Source of the DNA: Escherichia phage CMSTMSU
DNA length: 64,000 nucleotides
Reading direction: 5' to 3' (one strand)
Sequence record: MH494197.1
Below, one piece after another: positions 1 to 9,829 of the stretch. Position numbers and translations under genes: made by a program. Numbering within the stretch: position 1 is the first letter of the stretch; every line of letters begins with the position of its first letter. The notes under the pieces are model-generated. The model made no database searches. It had not been told where the DNA came from and was given only the letters and a program-made list of their open reading frames with translations.

Positions 1-1371
1 AAAACAAGTCGCTGATAACACTGATTTATCATATGGCGGTGATTATTATGGATCAGATAGTACCGTTGTGTCAAGCATTGGTGATTTAATTTTGGTGACA
101 CTCCAAGTCGTAACTATAATCTCGAAGCTATCACCTTAAGTTGCGTCTACCAAGTCCAAGAAGCAACTCCTGACTTGAAAATCCCGATTGTTCTTCAACT
201 TTAACACTATGGACATCACAATTCATTATAACACAATGATTCAGCGTTTGGGAAGAAAAATTATGCCGTGACGTAATCGAACTTCCTAACTTACGTGATT
301 TTGATGTACTTGGTAAAGATTCTGGTTTAAACCGCTTCTATGTAGTACAAGATGGGTTTAGAACGTCAGAAGGTTACTCAGTTACATGGCAACATCACAT
401 TTACAAACTCCGTGTTAAACCTCTTACTGATTCACCAGAGTACTCTGACCTTCTAGGTAACAATAACTACCCTGATGACCCAGATGATCCAAACAACGGC
501 AATGGTAATACTGATGATGGCTCTTCAGAGAACAGCAGCTATGGTAATGAAATGGATATTATGAACCGTATCATTATGCAAGCTGATGATGAAGTACCAT
601 ACATTCATTTTACTAACGAACACTTGTTCGATGACAGACCAGATACTGTTGATTTGTCTAAGTATATGCTAAATGGATACGAATTACCAGAGGAACCAGC
701 AAATAAAATGTATTTCCTCAAGAAAACTTACCCAGTACTGAAAGAACTATCTAATGATACATGGATTTCTGTAGAAGTCAAGCGTGGAACAATCTTTCCT
801 CGCAAACCGATGGATGGTGACTTCTTCTTTAAAGAAAACGAGGCTGATGTCACTGGCTTCTCATTGTATCAATACGATAAATCTGCCAAAAGTGGCTAAA
901 TTGTGATGTTGAGTATACTACAGAAAGCACACCACCACAAGGGGTTGATGATTTTTATATTGAATACAAAGAACCACACATTTATCAGTACTTAAATGGT
1001 AAATGGGGAGAACCAGAAGTAACTTACGTTAATGACCCATTCACTTCTAATAGTGTTTATGGAAATATCGATTCACAACAAGATTATCGTCCTAAGATTC
1101 CTCCAGCACGAGGTACAGTTCCTGAAGGTAACATGTTCCCAAGTGATGCAGTTGATGGTGATTACTACTATCGTACCGATTATACACCAGTAACCCTATG
1201 GGAATACAGTGCGTCCAAGAATTCTTGGGTGATTTTCGATTACGGTGGTAGAAAACCGTGGAAGGTGCAGATCTTGCTCTAACAGAATTTGTTAATAGCC
1301 CGAACCGTGTGCCATTACATGATGCAGTTAAACCTAATACAGTGTATCGTATACATAAGGATTCAGAATGA
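1..1371 (+). CDS. Virion structural protein, C-terminal part entering from upstream (possibly a neck protein by position before the gp15-like gene); reading frame broken several times
   Basis: Open frame runs about 267-899 (track ORF 552..899) and continues in other frames to a TGA at 1369-1371 that overlaps the next ATG (ATGA). Gly/Asn/Asp-rich linker. No motif recognised. Confidence 0.35.
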
Positions 1372-2690
1372 AAATAGATTATTATTATGATGGTCAATTT
1401 CGTCGAGTACTGAAACATCTTATCAGAGTGTTTGGTGAATTTCAAGTACAAAATGGTGTTGATGCTGACGGAAAACCAAAATATAAGAAAGTTCCTTGCC
1501 GCTATGCAGATATTTCACGTATGGCAGCAGCAATTATTAATGGTAACAGTGAGAACGTGCTTCCAACAGCACCAATCATGACCATTAGTGTAAACCAACT
1601 TAAACTAGATCGCAAGTCAGTTCGTTCAAACGCAAATGAAACATTGGTTATGGGGACTAACAAGTCCCGAATTAACGAATATACTAAAGACTTAGATAAA
1701 CAGTATAAAGTAACTCGTCATAACCCAGTACCTTGGACATTTACTTTTGATGTTAATATTTGGGTTACACAAACACAAACCAAAATGGAACTATTTGAGC
1801 AAATTTCAACATTGTTTGCTCCTAGTATTCAATTACAACTCTCCGAGAACCCATTGGATTGGACATCATTGAGTGATGTGGAGTTAATTGACTGTCAATT
1901 TACTACTCGTGGTTTCCCACAAGGAACCGATAGTGATTTGGATATAATGATTTTGACATTTGAAACAACAATTTGGTTCTCTTTGCCAGCTATTGTTGAG
2001 AAACCAAAACTTATTCAACAAATTACCACCAATATTAAAGGTGCTCGTGATGAACTTGATTTTGAAATTGGTAATTACTCGGATATCATTACTGATGTAT
2101 TCACACCAAAGAACTTATGTATTAAAGTTGATGAAATAACAAACTCTGAACTTAATATTCCAGATACTTACCAACTCACTCTTGTTAGTCAATCACTATC
2201 AGAAACATCACCAAATGGTGGAATTTATTCATGGGAAAAATACCTTAAGTACTTGGACCCAGAATATGAAGACAAGACGGTTGGTATCAAATTCCAACAA
2301 GCTATAGAAGAGGACAACCCACTAAAAGGACACATCTCTTCATTTGGTGAAGGTGCTGAATCTAACAAGATTGTAGTTCAGCTTGATAATAGTAATTATA
2401 CTGTTGATTATACAATACATGGATTCATTAGTAAAAGCTCTTTGTTATATAACGCACTGCCTGAACAATATTATGTAAATAATAGCATACATAACATCAT
2501 TTACAAAGAGACTGAAATCCCAGCGAACTATTTGTTTAAAATTACCAATGATGGAGCAGAACTTATTGAGCCATCACTAGTACACAACTATGTTTATAAT
2601 ATGGAAGATAGTGGATATTATAGATATAATGACAAATTCAAATGGCATAAGAGTATTATGTCAGTATATCGTCAGGGTATTGGAAAATAA
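1368..2690 (+). CDS. Tail sheath stabiliser / tail completion protein (T4 gp15-like), 440 aa
   Basis: N-terminus MKIDYYYDGQFRRVLKHLIRVFGEF and the later PWTFTFDVNIWV resemble the T4 gp15 pattern (Y.Y...FRR and W.LTFEVNGW) as recalled from memory. Intact ORF. Confidence 0.45.
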   Translation: MKIDYYYDGQFRRVLKHLIRVFGEFQVQNGVDADGKPKYKKVPCRYADISRMAAAIINGNSENVLPTAPIMTISVNQLKLDRKSVRSNANETLVMGTNKSRINEYTKDLDKQYKVTRHNPVPWTFTFDVNIWVTQTQTKMELFEQISTLFAPSIQLQLSENPLDWTSLSDVELIDCQFTTRGFPQGTDSDLDIMILTFETTIWFSLPAIVEKPKLIQQITTNIKGARDELDFEIGNYSDIITDVFTPKNLCIKVDEITNSELNIPDTYQLTLVSQSLSETSPNGGIYSWEKYLKYLDPEYEDKTVGIKFQQAIEEDNPLKGHISSFGEGAESNKIVVQLDNSNYTVDYTIHGFISKSSLLYNALPEQYYVNNSIHNIIYKETEIPANYLFKITNDGAELIEPSLVHNYVYNMEDSGYYRYNDKFKWHKSIMSVYRQGIGK

Positions 2691-2719
2691 CTTTCACTGA
2701 CAAATAAGGAGGTGTTGTT

Positions 2720-3181
2720 ATGAATGAAGCAGTAGGTGCTATATTTTTATCTAAAAGTACTGGACATATGATGTTAAACTTGAGATCAGAAAGAAGTACG
2801 TATTCTAACAACTGGGCATTTGTTGGTGGGAAGCTTGAGTATAATGAAACTCCGTTACAGGGTCTTATGCGTGAGATTAAAGAAGAGCTAGGTGATTCTA
2901 TTCCAACGATAATAGATATTATACCATTTGATGTATTCTGTACGAAGAATGGTAAATTTAAATATTATTCATTTGTCATTGTAGTTGAAAATGAATTCGT
3001 ACCTACTTTAAATCATGAGAGTTCGGGTTATGCATGGGTTAAGATTGGCTCATGGCCCAAACCATTACATCCGTGCAAAAACACATTACTTAACACAAAT
3101 TTAATGAAGGATTTCTATTCATTGTGGGAAAGTATACGACAAGGTACACAGTTTGTCAACAGCTTACCATATCGATATTAA
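2720..3181 (+). CDS. NUDIX hydrolase
   Basis: Canonical Nudix box GGKLEYNETPLQGLMREIKEELG (GX5EX7REUXEEXGU). RBS AAGGAGG 7 nt upstream of the ATG. Confidence 0.85.
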   Translation: MNEAVGAIFLSKSTGHMMLNLRSERSTYSNNWAFVGGKLEYNETPLQGLMREIKEELGDSIPTIIDIIPFDVFCTKNGKFKYYSFVIVVENEFVPTLNHESSGYAWVKIGSWPKPLHPCKNTLLNTNLMKDFYSLWESIRQGTQFVNSLPYRY

Positions 3182-3186
3182 TAAAA

Positions 3187-3210
3187 AGGAGCCAATGGCT
3201 CCTTTTTCTT
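3187..3210. terminator. Rho-independent terminator between convergent genes (bidirectional)
   Basis: Hairpin AGGAGCC-AAT-GGCTCCT followed by TTTTTC; A-run on the other side. Confidence 0.6.
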
Positions 3211-4302
3211 TATACCCCAATTAGTGGGATACCTGTTATGTTAAGTAGAACAGATGCTTGAAGCTTAACTGACTCACCTGCCGAAAGGTTGTTTACTATA
3301 CCATCGACGCGGAACCCTAAGTTTTTATTAGAGTTGAGAGAGTTAATCACCCAGTTTTCGTAATCCGCTTTTGTAATACCATTCGGATTTGGGAGAGTTG
3401 GATCAACATCATTAATTACCATAGAAACATCCCAATTCGGGCGACTACTTGTAATTACATCCTTGATTGATTCTAGTTGTGTAATGCGACGTGGATCTGG
3501 AATCTGACTTGCACCAATTGAACCGAAAAATGTACCTTGGTTATCAACATAGAACTGACCTTTAATGAAAAATGTTTTGAATTATACGGAAGAGAAACAA
3601 TTTCACCTGATGAATCACTAACTTCACGAATCATAATTTTCAATTCATAAAAATAGTTACTACCAAATTCAAACACACCAGTACCATTTGTGAATGTTGT
3701 CCAGTTATTTGAATCAACCTGTGAAGTACCACCCATATTGAAGTACGCTAATGGCTTAGTACTGTTACTTTGTGTAAATTCAATATATTTCTTACCTGTA
3801 TCATAGTTGATATCAAGTAGTGTTGAGTACTCTTTATTTTCTGGACGAGATGTTTGAATTTCACGCCATTCTTTATTTTTCATTAGGACACGAAGGAATC
3901 ACCATTACTGGTAAGAACCATACGACCCATAATACTATTTTCACCATCTGGTACTGTGTTGAAAATTGAAATCATTGGGATAGATGCCCAGTCAGCTTCA
4001 GATGCAGTATCTACTGGCTGACGAGCATTATCAACTAATGCAAGAAGTAGTTCGCCAGTGTTGCCAGTATTTCTGTACCAAATCTGACCATTAACGTTAC
4101 CACGAGGTGCAGTAGCTCCACTGAAGTTCTCAACCAAGTGGAGGAAGTTTTCGTTCCATGCTTGACCGTAACCAACTTTATTTCGACCTGCAAAGTTTAA
4201 CGGTACTGGGTTACTACCGTTGGTTTGGTCCTAATATTACGTTATTTGGAATGGTAGCATAAACGCTACCATTACTTCTATAAATTGTATAACTTACACT
4301 CA
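3210..4302 (-). CDS. Structural protein (tail/baseplate-associated?), frame broken into at least 4 pieces
   Basis: Track ORFs 3210..3422, 3473..3883 and 3883..4137 plus N-terminus MSVSYTIYRSNGSVYATIPNN with RBS AAGGTGA at 4302 join across single-base frame changes. Confidence 0.35.
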
Positions 4303-4311
4303 TATCATCAC

Positions 4312-4923
4312 CTTATTATTGTAGTTGGACACGAACTGTGTATTTGATTTGCAAAACACGGTTAGCACTTTTCTCAACTGGGTGAAAAATAATATGGGTA
4401 AGTGGAATACCGCTATCACCATTTGTATATAAACCCAATTCGTCAAATACATATGTCCCATCCATGCTAGTACCAGAGCTAACACCTTGGTCAGATGGCT
4501 CACCTAAACCTAATGTGCAAATACAGACGATATCAGTGTAAGCTTGGCACGGAATGTGAACAGTTGTAATGTTGTTATATTGTGAATCAATACCAGCAGA
4601 GATACGTGGGTTGATTTTTTCAGATAAGTCTGAGAATATAGACCACCGAAAGAAGTAACGCGTGGTTTCTTGTATGTGATACGACCAGTACTCAAAACTA
4701 CTGTTCCACCATTACCAAAACGCATCTCACTAATAGATCCAATAGGAATACCAGTACTATCTTGATTATAAGCCAACGCATTAGCAATAGCAGTACTCAT
4801 ATTTTCAGGGTGAATTGCGTTTGATTTATCCAAAACGATTTTTGGTTAGATGGATCAGTAACGTCAGTAATTAGTACATGACCCTTAACAAATAGTTTTG
4901 GTTGTTCTGTTTCTAATTTCATT
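4312..4923 (-). CDS. Hypothetical structural protein (~200 aa), frameshifted
   Basis: ATG at 4923 (MKLETEQPKLFVKGHV) with RBS AGGA; continues through ORF 4510..4833 and a further frame to a stop near 4312. Confidence 0.35.
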
Positions 4924-4966
4924 TCTAATCCTTAGTAGTTAATTAAAATTTGTTCTAACTTACCAG

Positions 4967-5428
4967 CTAAACTTTTTGTACATCAGATGGATACTTGCTA
5001 ATGTAATCACGGTCAATACCGACTTTCAGATAGGTAAAGTTTCCGGTTAAGGTTTCAGCGAATGTACCAGTTGTACCTTGTTCTCTAATAAGGTCACCGC
5101 CATTTGGGTTAAGAATGACATTATCAGTAAATTCAAGATAGAAGTTGCAGCTTTCGGTAAATTTAATTGGGAACCAATCATCGTCAGATGGATTACTTGC
5201 CAGTGTAGCGAGTACGTAAATTCTACCAATGAAGTTACGTAGGGTAAAGGATATTGTATGTAATCCTGTAGTACTACCATAATAGCCGCCACTAGCTAAT
5301 GGTAATGTTTGTTCGTTCCAATGATAATCTAAGTTAGCAGGATACCAGCTATCTGATTCAGGAAATTCTTGCCATGAACCATCTTTAGTTTTTCTTTTGA
5401 AGAGGAAGTCTTTTGATCTTAATGCCAT
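4967..5428 (-). CDS. Hypothetical protein (153 aa), likely virion-associated
   Basis: Intact ORF in the structural block; no motif recognised. Confidence 0.4.
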   Translation of the reverse strand: MALRSKDFLFKRKTKDGSWQEFPESDSWYPANLDYHWNEQTLPLASGGYYGSTTGLHTISFTLRNFIGRIYVLATLASNPSDDDWFPIKFTESCNFYLEFTDNVILNPNGGDLIREQGTTGTFAETLTGNFTYLKVGIDRDYISKYPSDVQKV

Positions 5429-5537
5429 TGTTAAGCCCTTTTAGTAGTGAACTTTCATTTATTTATTAATGGCAACGAAATGTATTTTGTACTGATAAAT
5501 ATTGGTATATGACATTAACTCATACAAGGGAAATATT

Positions 5538-6663
5538 ATGACAATTTCATTCAACAATGGGTCAGGTGGTTCATGTAATAATTCTGGCATCAAAAGTTTA
5601 GTTATTAACGCTGCTGGACATTTAATTGTAACCTATTCCGACAATACAATCCAAGACCTAGGTCTAGTGGTTGGACAAAATGGTGCTAACGGTAGAAACT
5701 TTTATCCAAATGAGATAGGTTTTGAAGTTCCTAATGAACTCTTCCGTGTTGGTGAAGAACTAGGGTGGTGTTATCTTAGTCTTGCAAACGGCACTAGTAC
5801 TTTATATTTTAAATCAAACGATGCCCAAGAAACAATTAGTACTTGGAACCGTGTAGAGTTTGGTAAAGGTGATACTGGTGAAGCTGGTAAACCATTCCAC
5901 ATTGACAGTTCTGGTACGGCGTTTCCAACAACTGGTCTTTTCGATAATTACACATTCTATAATACTGAAGATGGTAAATTATATTTCTATCAAAGCGTAA
6001 CTGCAACATGGAGTGATGGTATTCCTTTCCGTGGTGAACAAGGTCTACGTGGTCGTTTCCATATTGATAGTACTGGTAGTCAATTCCCAAGCATTGATAA
6101 TCTACCACAAGATTATTGCTTCTATAACACGACAGATGGTAATTTGTATTATGTCGATATCGTAACTACATCATCAACCCCAACTAAAGAGTGGAGTGCT
6201 GGTATCTTATTCCGTGGAAAAGACGGTGAAGAAGGTAAGCAAGGTGAACAAGGTATTCAGGGTGAACGGTAAAGATACAGTTGTTATCATCAACACTATT
6301 GATCATTCATGGACTAACGCATTGTTAGTTATTGGTACATGCCCTGCTGGATACCTAGTAACTAATATCGAAGTTGATATTAACCAAGCATATGATGAAC
6401 CAGTAAATGAAATGTTTGTACGTTTCGGTGGTGAAGCACAAGAAGATATTGGTGGTACTGTAATTGCACCTGTTGATTATTTCGATATCAACCGCAAAAT
6501 GCGTTACATTGTTAACGAAACCAACCACGAAGTATCAAGTAAAGATGAAATCATTTCTTGTGTATTCAATGATTCCGTAAACAACAGTTCATTTGGTGAA
6601 ATGAAGATCGTTTGTACTTTATCATGGCAAGCACCTATTCAGCCTATTCAAGATAACATTTAA
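5538..6663 (+). CDS. Fibre-like protein with three tandem ~55-aa modules each ending in a short collagen-like Gly-X-Y run; one frameshift near 6270
   Basis: Repeats FHIDSxGxxFP...FYNTxDGxLY...WSxGIxFRG followed by GKGDTGEAGKP, RGEQGLRGR and RGKDGEEGKQGEQGIQGE. C-terminal domain continues in ORF 6196..6663. Confidence 0.5.
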
Positions 6664-6705
6664 AGAGGGTTGATAAATGGCAGTTTTTCCAATTTAGAAG
6701 GGACC

Positions 6706-8770
6706 ATGATGCCAACATTCAAGTTGGGTAAACGTGGTGCTTCTATTAATTTTGTAAACGATTCTGTCGCAATCAAAGACTTTTAGGCGAAACGTTCCTA
6801 CCTGTTAAGGTGGGAACTCCTAATGACGATGATTCCGCAGTAAACGTTAGGTATCTTGAAGATAACCCAAATGCTTTATTTGGCGTACTTCCACCAACAA
6901 ATGACATTGGTAAAAATAACAACACTTATTTTCAAGTTGATTCTGAGGGTATTGTTGATATCTTTGCAAAACAAATGATGTTTGGGTAAAATCATTATAC
7001 ATTAATAAAAATGTCCTTTCCAGTGTTAACGGTGCTGATTATATCGGACTTATTACTGGAGGAACACTTCAACAGGCACAGTTTTACATAACACCAGAAG
7101 AGTTTGGTGCAAAGGTGATGGCATCACTGATGACACGGCGGCGTTAACGCATGTGCAGTTTATGCTAAAGAACACAAAATCCAAATTCAAGCTGGTGGTA
7201 ATTATCGTATCAGAACTGCTGTTTATTTGAATGATATTCAATGGTTTGGTGGTACAATCACTGGTAACGGTGGCACAATGGTATCGGTACTGAATAGTAC
7301 AATCCAACAAGCAACATTAACAGGATGTTATTTAAAATTCTTTGGTGGTAATGGTAAATTTTATTTTAATAAATTTATTAATATTACAAGTACTGCTGCA
7401 TTTCTAATGCAAGGTATGACTGAATCAGGTACTATCGACTTCTGCTTTAATGAAATGACACAATGTAAGTACGGTGTTCTTCAGCAAGGCACTGGTGAAA
7501 AATGACAGTTGGGCGTTATTCATACAACCACATCCATGATATATATGGTGATGCAATTGAATTGAACGTAGTCAACTCACATTACCCAGACGGATTTGTA
7601 ATAGAAGGCAACTTGATTGAAAACGTAGATGGTACAAATGCACCAATTCCTCTTTCAAACTGGGGTATTGGTATCGGTGTTGCAGGTTCTGGTCCTTATG
7701 ATGTGAATGCTGATGATTCACAATATGTAAAAAATTCGTTATAAAAATAACCGCTTGTACAATGTCCGTCAATGTATTCACGTTGAGTTGGGTAAAGACT
7801 TTAAAATTCTCAATAATGAAGTTTATCCATCAACGTTGGTATCAATTGGTACTGGTTTGACAACCGCTGGTGTAATTACTTATGGTTCTGTTGATTTTAT
7901 TATTGATGGCCTATCTGGGCATCTATTAAATGATCCATCAGTAACTAACCGTATGGTTTCTATTAACTGGGGCGTAACATCTGGTAAATTTGCTGGTCCT
8001 CCACGAAACTTTAAATTATGTAATCTCCACATTCCTGAGTCGTCTATTATTGTGTATACTTCAGGCTCTGATAATTGGCTAAATACTACTGAACTTTCTA
8101 ATATTACATGTAGTAGAATTCAATGGCGTGGATTGCCGTCATCTTCCAAGTTTAATAATATCAGTACTAAAGAACTTGATGTTATTGGACAACACCTTGC
8201 AACTGAAGGTGAAGGAGGGGCTTATATACTCGCTCTAAATATACATATACCAACTGGACTAATTGTGTTGTTCAAGATGATTGTAACATATCAAAATATA
8301 GTTTCTCAAGAATGTATGTTGACCGTATTGACCAATCATCTAATAACTTTAAAGTAACCACTGCAATTGATGGAACGGGTCATCGTGGACCTGTAGTAAT
8401 ACCTGTAGTTGAACAGTATTACGTGCCTTATGATGTTTTTCCGGTGGGAGATATTTCCCAACAGGAACAATTATCCATAAACAATCAGGTGGAAAATTTA
8501 TTGTTACAGTAGGTGGTTCTTTCTTTGGTCGATATGACACAATTAGACAAACAGTTGCAGGACAAACTTATATCGAAGCATTGGGTGTATCATGGGGTGA
8601 TAATCAATATGCTAAAGCTGCTGGAACCGAAATCCTAATCACAGGAGCAGGGGAAAATGGCGAAGATTTAAAACATATATCACTAGAGCAGTTTATGTTG
8701 TTAATAATGCGTATCGTATCGATATTGCCGATCCGATTGTTACTGCTACCGCAGCAGGGCATTATTGAAA
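6706..8770 (+). CDS. Tailspike / tail fibre with pectate-lyase-3-type beta-helix (putative polysaccharide depolymerase), frameshifted
   Basis: Translation around 7090-7150 gives ITPEEFGAKGDGITDDTAAL, the signature start of pectate_lyase_3 tailspikes. N-terminal module MMPTFKLGKRGAS is shared with the gene at 8850. Track pieces 7227..7505, 7502..7744, 7755..8357, 8312..8512. Confidence 0.55.
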
Positions 8771-8849
8771 GCTGCTCAACCAATAACATATATCACCCTA
8801 TCTTAAAGGAGATTATAAAAATGGCAGTTTTTCTAATTTAGAAGGAACC

Positions 8850-9715
8850 ATGAAGAAGACCTTCATACTTGGTAAAAATGGTGCACAAATTGCCACTAAT
8901 GGTAATGTTGTTCAAATCCAGAACTACACGGGTACACAACTTCTTCCTGTTTCAGCAGGTGACCCAACCGCAAATACACACTTGGTTACATTGGGTTATT
9001 TGAATACACATAGCGGTGGTGGTGGCGGTTCCGGTATTTTACGTGGAACTATTGCACCATCTGAATCAATCGGTGTAGATGGTGACGCTTACTTCTTAGT
9101 TGACAGTACTAATATTATTCAGATCTATATTAAAGACCTTGGTGTTTGGAAGCCTCTCCAAAGCACAACTCCGTACTGATAGTTCTTACGTTACTACTGA
9201 AATCGTTCCTGTATCGGCATTTACATTAGTTCACGGAACAACAGATCAATATACTTATTCTTTACCTGAATCAGTACATGGTCGTGGTCCAGATATTATG
9301 GTTCAGCTACAGGGTGATCCCGGTAACATCCCACTTGACACTGTATTCCAAACTAACGTCACTGTGAGTGGTATTGGTGACATTACGATTGATGTTATTG
9401 GTCAAATTACTGAATACACAAGTGTCAAAGTCAACATCATAGGAGCAACAACAATGACAGTACCTTATAGTAAATTAATTAATATAGCAGATTGGGTAGC
9501 ATCTGGTGATGATTACACCATTACTGTTCCAGCGTCAGAACATAACCAAACACCTGACAATTTGTATATTTCTATATATTCAAATAAAACACCGCAGTAC
9601 AGCAGCATCACCATTTGAACTGGTAATAACCGAAACTCAAATTGATGCAAGTGGTAATGTTACATTCACTTCTGATGAAGCGTTTAGTGGTAAAATAGTA
9701 ATTTCCGGTAAATAA
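8850..9715 (+). CDS. Short tail fibre-like protein with shared N-terminal module and poly-Gly linker, two frameshifts
   Basis: MKKTFILGKNGAQ parallels the 6706 gene start; GGGGGSG linker; continues in ORFs 9100..9618 and 9506..9715. Confidence 0.45.
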
Positions 9716-9721
9716 AAAATA

Positions 9722-9756
9722 ATCCAGACTGCGTTCCATCGAGTCTGGATTTTTAT
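9722..9756 (+). terminator. Rho-independent terminator
   Basis: Hairpin TCCAGACT...AGTCTGGA followed by TTTTT. Confidence 0.6.
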
Positions 9757-9765
9757 ATTAATAAC

Positions 9766-9786
9766 TAAATATATGTATATTAACAA
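9766..9786 (+). promoter_or_regulatory. Conserved 21-nt promoter-like motif TAAATATATGTATATTAACAA, 46 nt upstream of the fibre A start
   Basis: Near-identical copy at 14840..14860 with identical spacing to the fibre B ATG. Confidence 0.4.
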
Positions 9787-9829
9787 GGTCAAATGTATTT
9801 TATGCTTTTGCCTATTTGGAGGGAACTAA

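Noticed and set aside
4300-4503. ORF 4300..4503 as a separate gene
   Set aside because: It lies in an alternative frame over the C-terminal region of the reconstructed 4312..4923 gene and has a hydrophobic low-complexity translation; probably spurious.
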